DNA from: Rebecca billardiae RCC1528 | Lineage: Eukaryota > Protista > Haptophyta | Length of the DNA stretch: 64,000 nucleotides | NCBI GenBank assembly: GCA_965240325.2 | Contig: OZ251227.1 | Span: 2,914,001 to 2,978,000, forward strand | Direction: 5' to 3' | Shown here: positions 1 to 11,969 of the stretch, piece by piece | How positions within the stretch are numbered: position 1 is the first letter of the stretch | How the letters are laid out: each line of letters opens with the position of its first letter | The notes under the pieces: generated by a model | Databases searched by the model: none | The model's input: only the letters and a program-made list of their open reading frames with translations | What the model was told of the DNA's origin: nothing | Position numbers and translations under genes: made by a program

Positions 1-2
1 GG

Positions 3-819
3 CTACTGGGCGCGCTGCAGCCGTACTCGCTCGCGTGGACGGCCTTCTCGTGGGGCGTGGGCGCGGCCGCCGCGCAGCTCGCGTGCGGCCCGGCGCCCGC
101 GCTGCGCGACGCCCTCCTCGGGCCGAGCGCCGCGCCCCGCCGCGCCCTCGCCGACCTCTGCGTCGCCGGCGCGCTCGCGTGCGCGCTCGGCACGCTCGTG
201 CTCACGCGCGAGGTCGGGGAGAAGGGCGTGCGCGCGCACACGGCGCTGTACGCGTTCCACGTGGCGGTGTGGACGGCGGGCGTGTGCGTCGCCTCCCGCC
301 TCGACTGCGCGGGCGCGCCGCCGCCCGAGCAGCACGCCGAGCTGCCCACGTGCGCGCCGAGCCGCGAGCACGGCGCGCCCGACGCGCCGCGCGCGCCGCA
401 CCCGCTCGGGTCCCTGCCAGCGGCGGCGGCGCGCGCGCTGATCGGCAGGTCGGCGCTGATGCAGGTGGCGCAGGTGTGGCTGCGCCGGCTCTCGCGCTGC
501 ACGCGCGCGCCGCGCTCGCCGGCCGCCGCGCCCCGCCGCGCCGCCCACGGCCGGTGCTGCGGCGCGCCGGTACCGCTGAGCGCGCTGTGCGCGGCCGCTC
601 TGTGCTTGTACGGCTGCGCCGTGCGGCTTGTCGCGGGCGCGCCGGCGGTGCTGTGCTCGGCGGTGGCGTCGGAGGGCGACGCGGCCTGCGCGGCGGGGCG
701 CCCGCTCCACGCCATCCGCCTTGCCGACCCCAGCCTCCTCGGCGGCGCGCACCGCTGGCTGTACGGCGCGCCCGCCGTCGACGCGCCGCCGTGGTCCGCG
801 TGGCGGCCGCGCGCCGAGG

Positions 820-858
<39 letters not shown>

Positions 859-2772
859 GCGGGCGCGCGGGCGCGGGCGCGCCGTCGCGCGGCGTGGTGA
901 TCGCGGCGCGCGGCGACGCGTGGAAGTACGCGCAGCCCGTCATCGCGTGCGTCCACGTCCTCCGCGCCTCGCTCGGCTCCGCGCTGCCCGTCGAGGTGCT
1001 GCACGTGGGACAGCGTGAGGCGTTCACGCCGGGCGCGGCCGCGCTGCTCCGGGGCTACGGCGGGGTGAGCGTGGCGGACATGCTGCCGAGGCTGCGGCTG
1101 CCGGCGGGCGTGGACGAGCGCACGCTGCGCTCGTTCGCCGCGAAGCCCTTCGCGCTGCTCGCCGCCTCGTGCGAGCTCTGCGTCCTCGTCGATGCGAATG
1201 TGCTCTTCTTCGCTCCGCCCGAGCGGCTGCTTGCGAGGCTGGCGCCCGCGGCCGCGCCGGAGGAGCGCGCGGCCGCGGCCGGCGCGGAGGGTGGGGCGGC
1301 GGCCGACGACGGGGGGGAGGGCCCGGCGCCGCTGCAGCTCGTGCGCGACTACGTCGAGCCCTTCCGCACGACGGACCCCCTCTACGTCCACGGCTACCTC
1401 CGGCTGGACGCGGACGCGCACGCGCGCGCGCTCGGCGACGCGGAGTGTGACTCGAGTGTGGTGGTGGTGGACCGGAGGCGCGCCGCGCGCGCGCTGGCCG
1501 TGGTCGCGGCGCTCAACGCGCTCAAGCCCGCGACGTACCGGCACATGCACGGGGACAAGGACACGTGGTGGCTCGGCGCGGCGCTCGCGGGCGTGCGCGC
1601 CTCCGCCGCGGGCACGGAGGTCGGCTGGCTCGTGCGGGCGGACGAGGGCGGGCTGAGCGGCGGCGGCGACGGCGGCGGCGGAAGCGGCGGCGGCGCGCCG
1701 CACGGCCAGAGCGTGTGGGGGCACGTGCAGTTCGTCGGCGGCGAGGCGGCGACGTTCAACTGGCAGCCGCACTACCCGCGCGGCCACGTGCCCTTCGACG
1801 CGGCGGCGGGCGAGGCCGACGCCGCAGCCGGCGCGGAGCTGCGCTGCTGCGCCATGTGGGCAGAGCACCACAGCGGTGCGCGCCCGCTCGGCGCGCGCCC
1901 CGGCGGAGCGCCGTGCCGCGCCGCCCAGCGCCACCGGCCGCGCCGCGCGGGTGCGCGCGCGCGCTCACCGTGCCCCGCGGCGCGAACTCGCACCGCCGCG
2001 CGCCTCGGCCGCGCCAGGTCCGCACGACATGCCGCGCGTGCCGCTGCCGCCGCGCGCCGAGCCATCGGCCGGCGGCGCGGCCGGCGCGCTCCCAGCGCGG
2101 ATGCGCGAGACGTTCGCAGCGGCGCGCGCGGGGCTGGCGCTGGCGGCGCGCGCGGAGCGTGCCGAGGCGGGCGCGCCCGGCGGCGAGGCGGCGGGCTCGG
2201 CGCAGCCGCGCGCGCTCGCGCGCGCGAGCGCGTGGGCGGACGTGGCCGTGCGCACCGCCGTGATCTACGGCTGCCTGTGGGCGGGCGCCGCGCTCGCCGC
2301 GGCCGCGCGCGTGCGCCCGGCCGCGCGCGCCGCGCGCGCCGAGCTGCACGGCTGGCGCGCGCGCGCGGGCGGCGCGGGCGGCGGCGGCGGCGCGGCGCGC
2401 GGCGGCGCGCCGCCCGGCGCGCGCGCGCCCCCCGCGGCGCGCGCCGCGCTGCTCACGCTGCTGCTGCTGTGCGCCGCCGCGGCCGCGCTGCTCGCGGCCG
2501 GCGGCGCGTCGGGCGCGCGCGTTCCTCTTTTCCTCGACGCGCCGCTCGGCGCGCTCGCGCGCGCGGGGGCGCCGTTGCTCGGCGGCGCGGCGCGCGGGGG
2601 CGGGATGGTGCGCGCGATGGCGGAGCTCGAGGCGGGCGGCGGCGGCGGCGCGGCGCCGCCGCCGCTGCTGGTGAGCACCGTGCATGTCACGGCGCGCGAC
2701 GCGTCCGCGGCCGCGCAGCAGATGGCCCCTTGGTGCGCGCCACGCCGGCTGCCGCGCGCCAAGCCTCCTCCT

Positions 2773-2805
<33 letters not shown>

Positions 2806-3686
2806 CGGCCTCGCGCGCGCGCGCACGTGCATCGCACGGCCCGTCCGCGCGCTCGCTCAGCCGCGCCCGCCGCCCGCCACCCGCCGCGCCCGCGCTTGGC
2901 GCAATGCTGCGCAGGCGCTCGCTCGGGCTCGAGGTGCGCGTGGCGGACGACGCGCAGTGCCGGCGCGACGTGGAGCGCGCCGCGGCCGCGCTCGCCGAGC
3001 CGCGGCTGGTGCGCGCGTACGACAGCCTGCCCACGCCCGTCCTGCGCGCCGACCTGTGGCGGTACTGCATCGTGCTGCTCGAGGGCGGGCTGTACGCGGA
3101 CGCGGACGTGGTGCCCACGCCGAGGCTGCGCACCGCGCTGCAGGCGGCGGGCGCGGAGCGCGCCGCCGGCCGGTGCGAGCTGCTGCTGTTTGTGGAGAAC
3201 TGGTCCTTCATCCCCACGCGCGTGGGGCGCGCGGCGATCGGCCTCGGCCTCACCGACTTCTCGCGCTTCCCGCAGTTCCGCAACTGCATCTTCGGCGCCG
3301 CGGCGCCGGGGCACCCGCTGCTCGCGCGCGCGATCCGCGCCGCCCTCGAGCGCGTGCTCGCCGAGCGCCTCTCCGCGCCGCCGTCCAACGCGCGCGTGCT
3401 CGAGCTCACCGGCCCGGGGCTGCTCACCGACGTGGCGGAGGGCTTCCTCGCCGAGCGCGGCGCGGACGCGCGCGTCGCCTTTGTCGACCGCGGCACGGGC
3501 ACGTCGCTCTTCGCGCACGCGGGCGTGGGCAGCTGGAAGGCGGGCGCGGTCACGACCGGCCACTCGGAGCGCTGGCTGCTTCTCGGCCTCGGCGTCGCGC
3601 TCGGCGGCGCCGGGCTCGCGAGCGCGCTGTCGGCCGCGCGCGCGCGCGCGCGGCTGCGCAGCAAGGGCGCGCACAGCAAGGAGTAG
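3..3686 (+). CDS. 5'-truncated multi-TM glycosyltransferase: GT71 (Mannosyl_trans3/MNN-like) fused to a GT32 (DXD, Och1/Sur1-like) domain; exons <3-1875, 2018-2732, 2915-3686
   Basis: GT71 motifs FAAKPFALL, VLVDANVLF, ECDSSVVVVD, MHGDKDTWW. GT32 motifs ADLWRYCIVLLEGGLYADAD, GHPLL, TGPGLLT. Introns 1876-2017 and 2733-2914 (GTGCGC...CAG) restore one frame (HSG|PHD; APW|RSLGLEV). Confidence 0.75.
2780..2806. repeat. (CT)n microsatellite in intron
   Basis: tctctctc... run seen directly. Confidence 0.9.
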
Positions 3687-4403
3687 CGGCGGGGCGCCAA
3701 GCGCGTCCGCCGGCAGCGCCGCGCCGCCGTGCAGCATCGTGCCCAGCGCGAACACGGCCGCGGCGTCTCCCGCCGCGGCGGCGGCGCGCAGCACGCGCCC
3801 GCGCTGCGCGGCTCGGCCGACGCGCGGCGCGGCACGGGCTCGGCGCCAGCGGGTTTGGGGCGCGCCAGCGTCAGCCGAGCCGCGGCGTGACAGAGCGCTC
3901 GAAGCAGGGCTGCGCGGGCAGGCCCGCCGGCCAAGCGGCGGTCCCGGCGGCGCGCCTCGCTCAGATCGCGCTCGACCCCTCAATCTCGAGGCCCGGCCCA
4001 CACAGCCGCGCCAGCGGGCGGCACGCGTCGGAGACTGAGTGCCCTGCATGCGGTGTCCGCGGCCGCGCCGGAAATTGAGTTCAAAGTCAGAGTCAGTTAG
4101 TAAGATCGATATAGAGCGCTCTATCTGTACATAAGGCTGCTCAGGGATGCCGTGCCGCCACCGTAGCAGGAGTAACCGTGAGTCGCGACGCGCGCGAAAC
4201 TAGCGCCAATGAGGAGTGCTGAGCCGCCCACCGCCAGTCCCGCGGTGAGCGCCGACAGGCGACATCGTGTCAATCGTGACGTGCTTGAAGTCTCGGCGCG
4301 CCACGACATATCCTCCGACCTGCTCGAAGACTTGAACTGGTGATGCCACCTCCAAACGATATCTGATAGCACGGCATCATCGCGGCCGGAGGGTGCAGCC
4401 ATC

Positions 4404-4661
4404 TCATGATAGGGGCCTGGCTGGCGGCAGCGTGTCCGTTCCTTCGCCTGCAGATCGCTCGCGCGAAAAGTGCAAGTATCTGATGACGACAGGCTGAGCA
4501 AAGACGATGGAAGCCAATGTCCACAGCGTTGAGCCAAGCAAGTAGAGCCAGCTCTGCGCAAGGAGCGCATCCACGCAGTAGACTAAACCGGCCATGATGA
4601 AGAGTGCCCAGCCTACCAGCTCGTTCCACAACCCGTGCGGCATTGGTGTGGTCCCCATCAT
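4404..4661 (-). CDS. small two-TM hypothetical membrane protein (85 aa)
   Basis: ATG-initiated ORF with two hydrophobic helices (LVGWALFIMAGLVYCV; WLYLLGSTLWTLASIVF); no family recognised. Confidence 0.35.
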   Translation of the reverse strand: MMGTTPMPHGLWNELVGWALFIMAGLVYCVDALLAQSWLYLLGSTLWTLASIVFAQPVVIRYLHFSRERSAGEGTDTLPPARPLS

Positions 4662-5171
4662 ACGACGCGCGGCACAGCCGTGCTCGCGTGGTGCAGGGGT
4701 TGTGCGAAGGAAGTCCTCGGCTCAGGAGACGCCTTCGAGGGAGCGGCCTGTCACTGCAGGGCGACTAGCCAGGGGCAGCCCAAGGGAACTTCGGGCAGCC
4801 GCGTGCTTTGTCCACGACCGGGGCCCCGGCGGCCCGGCCGGGACGACAGGCTGGCTCGTGCGAGAAAACCGCGGCTTGGAGTGCACTCCTGTGCAGAGCC
4901 GCCGTGCTGGACGACCGAAGAAAATTGCGTGGGCTACAAACACGGTAAATTGAAAATGCGCACGCCAAAATCATGGCTGCTGAGTGCTGTCGAGTGCTCT
5001 GTGGCTGTCTGTCACTGCTGACCCAAAGAATGTCGTGAATGTCAAGCTGACCGTCGTTTACTCGTCGATGACAGGCTTGTCAGTGTCGTCTGAGCCGGGC
5101 TGTCGATGGTAACGACTCAAGAACTCGATCGCCATGACACTGGCGATGCTTATGCCACTAAGAATAAGTCG

Positions 5172-5312
5172 TATATATATATAATATTATATATATATAT
5201 ATATATATATAAGTGACTTGCCCCGGAGATGCCGGGCCCGTCCCACTAAGATCGCACGACTACGAAGCTAGATATGTCACGTAACAAGTGGTATTATATA
5301 TATATATATATA
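5172..5312. repeat. (TA)n microsatellite tracts
   Basis: TA runs at ~5172-5211 and ~5296-5312. Confidence 0.85.
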
Positions 5313-5813
5313 ATACTGATGTTAAGTGTTAGAATAAGTCAGAAGAGCGTGCACTACGACTGCATGCACTACGCAGGCGCAGCGCGGCAGCGTCGCAGGC
5401 GGATGAGCCCTCCGTACTCCCGGGAAGGGGCTGCTGCCCCAGTGCCGGCTGATGAGTCACTCCTGACCATGGAGGGCCCCGCCTGCCTCGTGCCGGCCGC
5501 GCCTGCTGAGTGTTGGGACCGTGCTGTGCCTGAGGAGTAGCGGTGCCGGTGGTCGGCGGCGCGGCGCGCTCACGGCCGGCCGCCTTGTGGCTCATGCGCC
5601 GAGGAGGTGGCAGATACCCCGGCACATGTAGCCGAAGCCCTTGAGTAGCCCGACATGCTGCCGTGAATGGTGCTGTACGCTTAGTATGTCGCACGCTTGG
5701 CCCGGTGCCCTTGGCCCGATGAGCTTGGCGCCGGTGACTGCGATGGGGCTGACGGGCCAGGGCGCGGCGGCCGTCCCGGTGCCAGGGCCCAGGCCGCTGG
5801 CCCGCTCCGCACA

Positions 5814-6534
5814 TCATGCACGTGGGTCGAGCGACTTGTTCATGAACCGACGCTTGCTGAAGGACAGCCACCATTTGCTGGGCACTGTCCCGTCGGCGCC
5901 GTAGCACTTGTCGATGACTCTCCGACCCGTCTCCTCGCGCAGCTGCTTCAAGTAGCTGCGGATGAAGTCTGCGCGGCAGCGACGGCCGGCCGGGAGGCGC
6001 GGGCCTTGAGTGGCGCGTTGACCGGAGAAGGTGCTGCGGAGGGTGTGTGCGCGCGCATACCGGCCTCCTGCTTGTTCGCGGGAGCGGGAAAGAACGTGCC
6101 CAACGGAAAGCCCGGATCACCAGGGATCATGAAGGGCTCGAGAGCCATTGTTGTGAGTGATCGCGTGGCCTCTGCACGGGACGGCGCAGACTCGATGCGC
6201 TTGAGGCACTCGGTGATGTAGAGCGTGAGATACACGAGTATCCGGTCAGCCGGCCCCTTGACCTCGAAATTTCTGAACAGAACATTCGCCTTGAAGAAGT
6301 AGAGCGTCTCGTCGATGATGTCCTCCTCGTCTGCACGCGCGCGTGCGCGAGTGAAACGCATCAGCGTCATCGGCCGGGCACACGCCGGCCCGAGGGGGAG
6401 GGGGGGGGGAGGCGACACGTACCAGCTTTCCCGGCAGGCGCGGGCCCTCGGCACGTCGTCTTGATCGGCAGAACGGCACATCCGCACGCCAAGGTTGCTT
6501 GGTCCTCCTCCTTGAAAGCGCTATGGTACGCCAT
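5814..6534 (-). CDS. ARPC3: Arp2/3 complex subunit 3 (p21-Arc); introns 6331-6422 and 5969-6060
   Basis: MAYHS..., RGPAP, DIIDETLYFFKANVLFRNFEVKGPADRILVYLTLYI, IPGDPGFPL, YLKQLREE, PSKWWLSFSKRRFMNKSL. Confidence 0.96.
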
Positions 6535-6630
6535 GCTGAACGCCACACAAACGCGGGGCTTTGTTTGCAGTTTGCACGCGGAGTCGCAGAGCTGTCGCTT
6601 GACCAACGGTCCGCCCGTGAACGTGAGTTA

Positions 6631-6835
6631 CAGTTTACTAAGAATAAGAGACGCACACAGCTCAGGCAGGCGAGATGGATACTGCTAAGAATCCGTAAGA
6701 GACGCACACAGCTCAGGCAGGCGAGATCGACGCCCGCCAACTGTCACCGCCCATGAAGCCGTCGCCGATGGTAGCGCCGTCGGAAGAGTCGTTCAGCCGT
6801 CCGCCTGCGAGGCCTGGATGAGGGCTGCGGCCGCC
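6631..6835 (+). mobile_element. Dispersed repeat family R1 (TA|CAGTTTACTAAGAATAAGAG...), probable DNA-transposon end
   Basis: Homologous to 12584-12629, 25241-25251+27151-27296 and an inverted degenerate copy at 11739-11795; begins TA-CAGT; internal duplication of the first ~45 bp. Confidence 0.7.
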
Positions 6836-7776
6836 AACAGACAGTTACTGTGTCCCGGCGGAGCGTTGCTCTGGGCCGACACAGGGCGACGGAGCCTGCG
6901 CTCTGCAGACAGTGCCGAGGGTTCTCGCTGAGCCGCCTCACTGTCATCATTCTCATGCACCGACTTCACGCTGTCATCCACTCATCCACCGTGGGCATTT
7001 AGGTTCAACTGCTCGGGCGGTTCCGCGGCGGTTGGTGCTGAATCATACTGCACCGACCTGACAGTGACACCTGTCCTGCAGCACGCCCATGCTTCCACGG
7101 ACAACCAGAGAGAGAGCCACCTACCTGCTTGCACGCTGACTGCATGAGTCACAGGCCTACGCCGATGACCACCAACCTCTCCCTATTTGCGGGCGAAGCA
7201 AGCGGCGTCAAGAGCCGTCAGGAGCGGACCTCAGTAGACGACGGAGAGAGGAGTGGTGTCAGGAGAATCATCTCCTTGCCGGGCGAGGCCGAACGTTGAA
7301 AGATGTACATCATACTGTACCTCATGCGCAGCATGCGATGTGACGTGCCAGCTTCTGTGCATCCGTGCGGGAGCCCCATCTGAAGAGTTGACTCTCATCA
7401 ACTCGTCGCCGGGTCACGTCCGCCATGACTGACGAGTTTGGTGGCGTCCAGTGCATGCAGTGGCGGCAAGTATTGTACTTGTACTTGCAACGTCCTCATA
7501 CATAATCAATAAGCTACAGTAAAATCTGGCAAGTGTGGATACCGATCTGGGAGGCTAGACATTGGCAGTGCGCCACTCTCAGATTTCGGCGACAACAAGC
7601 TCCAAACCGTTGCGCATGCGCGTGCGCGGGGCACGCTGCGCACCCGCACCGGCTCAGCCACCATCCACAGATTCATCGCAAACCGTGTAATTCCTGCATC
7701 ATCGCACGCCTGCCCACCGCCAGGCGCCCACCGTTGTACTCCCCCTCCGCGCATCTCCCTGCTCTGGCGGCTGGTA

Positions 7777-8793
7777 ATGACAGCGATGGCGCAGCCGCCG
7801 GATCACCGGCGGCAGCAAGCGACGGCTGCGCAGGCAGCGGAGCCGCCGATCCTCGACCTCCCGCGCGAGTGCATCGCGCACATCTTCCTGCACCTCCCCC
7901 CCTCGGACATTGCCGCGCTGCGGCTTGCGTGCTCCGAGTGCGCCGCGGTGGCGCGGCTGCCTTGGCTGTGGCACGAGCTGTGCGTGCGCGTGTGGCGAGC
8001 GCGAAGCAAAGGATTCGACATCGATCCCACCTCGGTCTTCATGCAGCGCCTCCGGCGATACCGCCAGCTCGTCCGGCTCGGCCCGGCGGTGTGGTCGCGC
8101 TGGCTGCGGCCGGCGACAGAGGACGGTCACATCTGCTACGCTGGCAGCGACGCAGACACGGCGTTCAGCCGCACGGTCGGCGTAGCAGTGCCGTCGGCCC
8201 CGCTCCCGGCGTGGCCGTTCGGCGAGCGCGACGCGCACACCGTGCAGTACTTCGAGGTGCGCGTGCTCTCCGGCGGCGCCCTCTCGCGCATCGGCGTCGG
8301 CTGGTGCACGCGCAGCTTCCCCGAACGGGGCAACCAGCTGGGCTGGGAGGCGGGCTCGTACGCGTACATCGGCGCGACGGGCCACGCGCACCACCACAGC
8401 GTGGTCGGGGCGCCCTTCGGGCCCACCTTCTCCACCGGCGCCGTGATCGGCTCGGGCCTCGTCTCGGTGTGCGGCGTGGGCGCCATCTTCTACACGCTCA
8501 ACGGCAAGCTGCTCGGCACAGCCTTCTGCAGCGTGCGCCAGCCGGAGGCGCTCTTCCCGGCAGTGAGCCTGCACTCGGCGGGGGAGGCGTGCCAGTTCGA
8601 CTTCGGGGTGGAGCGCTCGGAGGAGGCGTACCACCTGAGCAAGCCGCCACACTGCACCTTCGCCTTCGACCTCGAGGCGCACGTGCGGCTGCTGCACGAG
8701 CACGCGCGCCGCTCGGCCGCCAAGGCGGATGAGGCGCTAAGCACAGCCGGAGCCGAGCACAATCATCAGCATGGGGACACCGCGCCGGACTGA
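7777..8793 (+). CDS. F-box + SPRY (B30.2, RanBPM-type) domain protein
   Basis: F-box LDLPRECIAHIFLHL...LRLACS...LW. SPRY motifs YFEVRV, IGVGW, LGWEAGSYAY, FGPTFSTGAVIGSG, FYTLNGKLLGTAF, LFPAVSL. Confidence 0.9.
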   Translation: MTAMAQPPDHRRQQATAAQAAEPPILDLPRECIAHIFLHLPPSDIAALRLACSECAAVARLPWLWHELCVRVWRARSKGFDIDPTSVFMQRLRRYRQLVRLGPAVWSRWLRPATEDGHICYAGSDADTAFSRTVGVAVPSAPLPAWPFGERDAHTVQYFEVRVLSGGALSRIGVGWCTRSFPERGNQLGWEAGSYAYIGATGHAHHHSVVGAPFGPTFSTGAVIGSGLVSVCGVGAIFYTLNGKLLGTAFCSVRQPEALFPAVSLHSAGEACQFDFGVERSEEAYHLSKPPHCTFAFDLEAHVRLLHEHARRSAAKADEALSTAGAEHNHQHGDTAPD

Positions 8794-9619
8794 GTCGCAC
8801 CGCTCACGCATCCCTCGCTGGCGACCGTATGGCTCTCGCTGAATTCTGCGCACTGGCCCACTGATGTACACAACCCGCCCGCCGGTCGCCGGCTGAGTTG
8901 CCCGCCGCGGATCGACGCGCCGCGCTCCGGCTCGAACTCGAAGTCGAACGGCCTGAAGTCTTGGCACTCTCACTCATCAATGGAATCTGTCTCTCAGTCT
9001 GAACGCTGTCCGCGCTGACGCGGCTGCTGACGGTTCCGACAGCAGCGCACTACTACTGATGCTTCATCAATATCTGATATATATATATATATATTAATAT
9101 ATATATATTAATAGTAATAACGCTAAACGGAAATACCTCCGGATTAGTCCGAATATATCGTCCGAAAATACATTTTTAAAATATTGATATAACTAACTTA
9201 TATTTACTATAAGTCATGTCGTCCGATTATAGGCGATGATCATGATGTCAGTCACTGATATGACGAATATAGTATAATTATATATACGACTATATATATA
9301 TATAATTGAATCATATAAATTATTCCGTTTAACGTCGTTGACTGCTAAATCTAACGGGTCGACGCGAATCAAGCAGCAGTGTCAGAGAGAGAGAGAGAGA
9401 TCGTCAAGTGCACAGCGTCTCCGAGCCGACAGTGTGTACGGACGCCGTCACGCCGACGACACTCGTTTTCAGATCCACACCGAGTCCGATGGGCGATGGT
9501 CGCTGCCCGCACAAGCCGCGCACAGTGCGAAGAGCCGCGCAGTGTAGAGTGCACCCGTGGCCAGCAGACGGGATGGCGTGCGGGTGTGCGGCAATGCCGA
9601 AAGCGATGGCGACGACGGC

Positions 9620-11617
9620 TCACGTCGTGCGGATCACGTCTGACGGGAACTGTGTCGACCAGTGGTTTCTGCGCGGCGCGGCGTGGCGTTGGGCGAGTCG
9701 GTTGCACTGCGTGTCAGGCGGGGCACACCGGCAAGCGACCCGCGGGCGATTGCTCACGCACCGGTAGATCTCCATCTCTTTGTCGTCGAGCAAGCACGCG
9801 TCGAGCTCCTTCACCATCGCCGACTCGTCCAGGTTGATGCCAATGAAGACGATCTCCTGCCGCCGGTCGCCGTACTCGCCCTGCATCTCGGCGCTGATGT
9901 CGGCCGCGTCCTCGTCTGGCCAGTCGGTCGGGTCCGTGCTCGCCCACCACAGGCCCTGCTTCTTCACCTCGAAGGCGCGGCCGGCGTGCGCCCAGTAGAA
10001 GCACTCCAGGTGGTTGTTGGAGAGCCACAGGAAGCCCTTCGAGCGCACCAGCGCCGCGAACGGCGACTTCTGGTCCGCCTTGCCCTGCAGCTGGTCAGAG
10101 AGCGCGAGGTTGTCCTTGGCGGGCAGGTGCTGGATGCACCGGTCGACCAGCCGCTGTGGGTGGAACGGCCGGCGGCGCGTGTACACAAACGACGAGATGC
10201 CGAAGCGCTCGGCGTGGCGGACGCTCGCGGACTTGCCCTGCGCGCCGGGGGCGGCAGCGGCGGCGGCGCGCGGGGGCGGTGCGTCGAGCGATGATGAGCC
10301 GGGGGGCAGGCCGCGAGCTTGGGCGCTGCTTGGCACGTCGCGTCGCGACGCGTGCCGCGGGGCGCGCACGTGGCTGTGGCTGTGCTCGTGGTCATGACTC
10401 GGGTCCTTGCACTCCTGGTCGGTGCATGCCTTCTCGTCGTGGCCGTGCTCGTGGCCGTGGCCGTGGCCGTGGCCGTGGCCGTGCTCATGGCTCGCGTCCT
10501 TGCAGTCCTTCTCGGTGCACGGCTTCTCGTCGTGGCCGTGGCCGTGGCCGTGGCCGTGGCCGTGCTCGTGGCTCGCGTCCTTGCAGTCCTTCTCGGTGCA
10601 CGGCTTCTCGTCGTGGCCGTGGCCGTGGCCGTGGCCGTGGCCGTGGCCGTGGCCGTGCTCGTGTGTGCCATCCGTGCAGTTCTGATCGGTGCACTTGCTC
10701 GCTTCGCCCTCGCCGTGCCCGTGCTCCTGCCCGTCGTCACTGGCGTGCCCGTGCTCAGGCTCATGCCCGTGCCCGTGCCCGTGCTCGGTGTCGGCCTCGC
10801 CCTTGGCGCTCGCATTCCCGCGCAGCCGCTTCACCTGCTGCCGCAGGTCCGACTCGGCGTCGCGCTTGGCCGCGCGCGTGCCGTCATCCTGCTTGGCGCC
10901 GATCACGTCGGCGAGGTTAACGCGGCCCCACTCCGAGGTGTGCACGGCCGCGAGCGGGTTCATCGCCGCCACCATGGACTTGAGCGCCTTCAGCTCGTCC
11001 GCCATCTTGAGCTGGTCCGCCTTGTTGAGCACGACCACATCCGCCGTCTCCACCTGCTCGACGAGCAGCTCGACCACCTTGCGCTGCGTGTTCGAGATGC
11101 CGTCGTCCTCGCCGAGCTCGGGGCGCTCCATCACCTTGCCCTTCTCGTCGAAGAGGCTGACGAACGTGCTCGCGTCGACGACGGTGACGAGGGTGTGCAG
11201 CTCGACCTTGTTCATCAGCTCCTCGCCCGCGTCCACCGCCGCCTGGAAGGTGCCGCGGATCTCGCTCGGCTCCGCGACGCCGGTCGACTCGACGACGATG
11301 TGGTCGTACGGCACGCCGCGTCGTTCGGAGAGCTCGACGAGCTTGTCGATCGACTGCATGAACTCCTCCGCCATCGAGCAGCACGCGCAGCCGTTCTGCA
11401 GCTCGACCGTGTCGTCTGCAGCGGACGCTCCGCCGCCCACGCCCTTGATGAGCTTCGCGTCGATGTTGACCTCGGCCACGTCGTTCACGACGACACCCAC
11501 TTTGAGGCCCTCCTTGTTCTCGAGCAGGTGACGCAGCAGCGTCGTCTTCCCAGCCCCCAGGAAGCCCGAGAGCAGTGTGATCGGCACCGGCGCGCCTTGC
11601 GGGCGCGAGGCCTCCAT
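9620..11617 (-). CDS. COG0523/CobW-family G3E GTPase metallochaperone (Zn) with His/Cys-rich insert; probable in-frame introns 10238-10369 and 9669-9761
   Basis: [42 protein letters not shown]; CobW_C motifs [28 protein letters not shown]. Confidence 0.95.
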   Translation of the reverse strand: MEASRPQGAPVPITLLSGFLGAGKTTLLRHLLENKEGLKVGVVVNDVAEVNIDAKLIKGVGGGASAADDTVELQNGCACCSMAEEFMQSIDKLVELSERRGVPYDHIVVESTGVAEPSEIRGTFQAAVDAGEELMNKVELHTLVTVVDASTFVSLFDEKGKVMERPELGEDDGISNTQRKVVELLVEQVETADVVVLNKADQLKMADELKALKSMVAAMNPLAAVHTSEWGRVNLADVIGAKQDDGTRAAKRDAESDLRQQVKRLRGNASAKGEADTEHGHGHGHEPEHGHASDDGQEHGHGEGEASKCTDQNCTDGTHEHGHGHGHGHGHGHGHDEKPCTEKDCKDASHEHGHGHGHGHGHDEKPCTEKDCKDASHEHGHGHGHGHGHEHGHDEKACTDQECKDPSHDHEHSHSHVRAPRHASRRDVPSSAQARGLPPGSSSLDAPPPRAAAAAAPGAQGKSASVRHAERFGISSFVYTRRRPFHPQRLVDRCIQHLPAKDNLALSDQLQGKADQKSPFAALVRSKGFLWLSNNHLECFYWAHAGRAFEVKKQGLWWASTDPTDWPDEDAADISAEMQGEYGDRRQEIVFIGINLDESAMVKELDACLLDDKEMEIYRCVSNRPRVACRCAPPDTQCNRLAQRHAAPRRNHWSTQFPSDVIRTT

Positions 11618-11796
11618 GGCAAGGGGATATTCCCGGCACCTTGGCTCTGCATCCGCGAGTGGACCCTTGCTGCGACTTGATTGGTGGAGAACAGGCTTGC
11701 GGGGTTCTGCGACGCACAATCTGAGATCCGAATGACATATCTCGCCTGCCTGCGGCTGTGTGCGTGCAAAGGAATAATAGGTGCGTGAGTAAACTC

Positions 11797-11961
11797 CAGG
11801 GGCGTTCCCCGCATCGGTCATACGCCAAATTGAACCGTCTTCCTATTGGAAGGGGCTTCGTCCATTTGAAGCGGGTACATTGAATACGGAAAAAGGCAAA
11901 GCCCCCCCAGGGGGGGCTTTGCTTTTCGGGAGCGTGTGGCAGGATCCCGGGAACGCCCTTG
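11797..11961. mobile_element. MITE-like element family A (copy 1)
   Basis: Imperfect TIRs CAGGGGCGTTCCC/GGGAACGCCCTTG; internal palindrome gcaaagccccccc-a-gggggggctttgc; homolog at 58320-58510. Confidence 0.65.
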
Positions 11962-11969
11962 AATGTAGG

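Noticed and set aside
9121-9334. Short inverted repeat (aaacggaaata/tattccgttt) around an AT-rich tract
   Set aside because: Too short and degenerate, with no second copy in the window
11618-11821. N-terminal extension of the CobW ORF
   Set aside because: Runs through repeat DNA; the ATG at 11617 just before the G1 motif is more plausible
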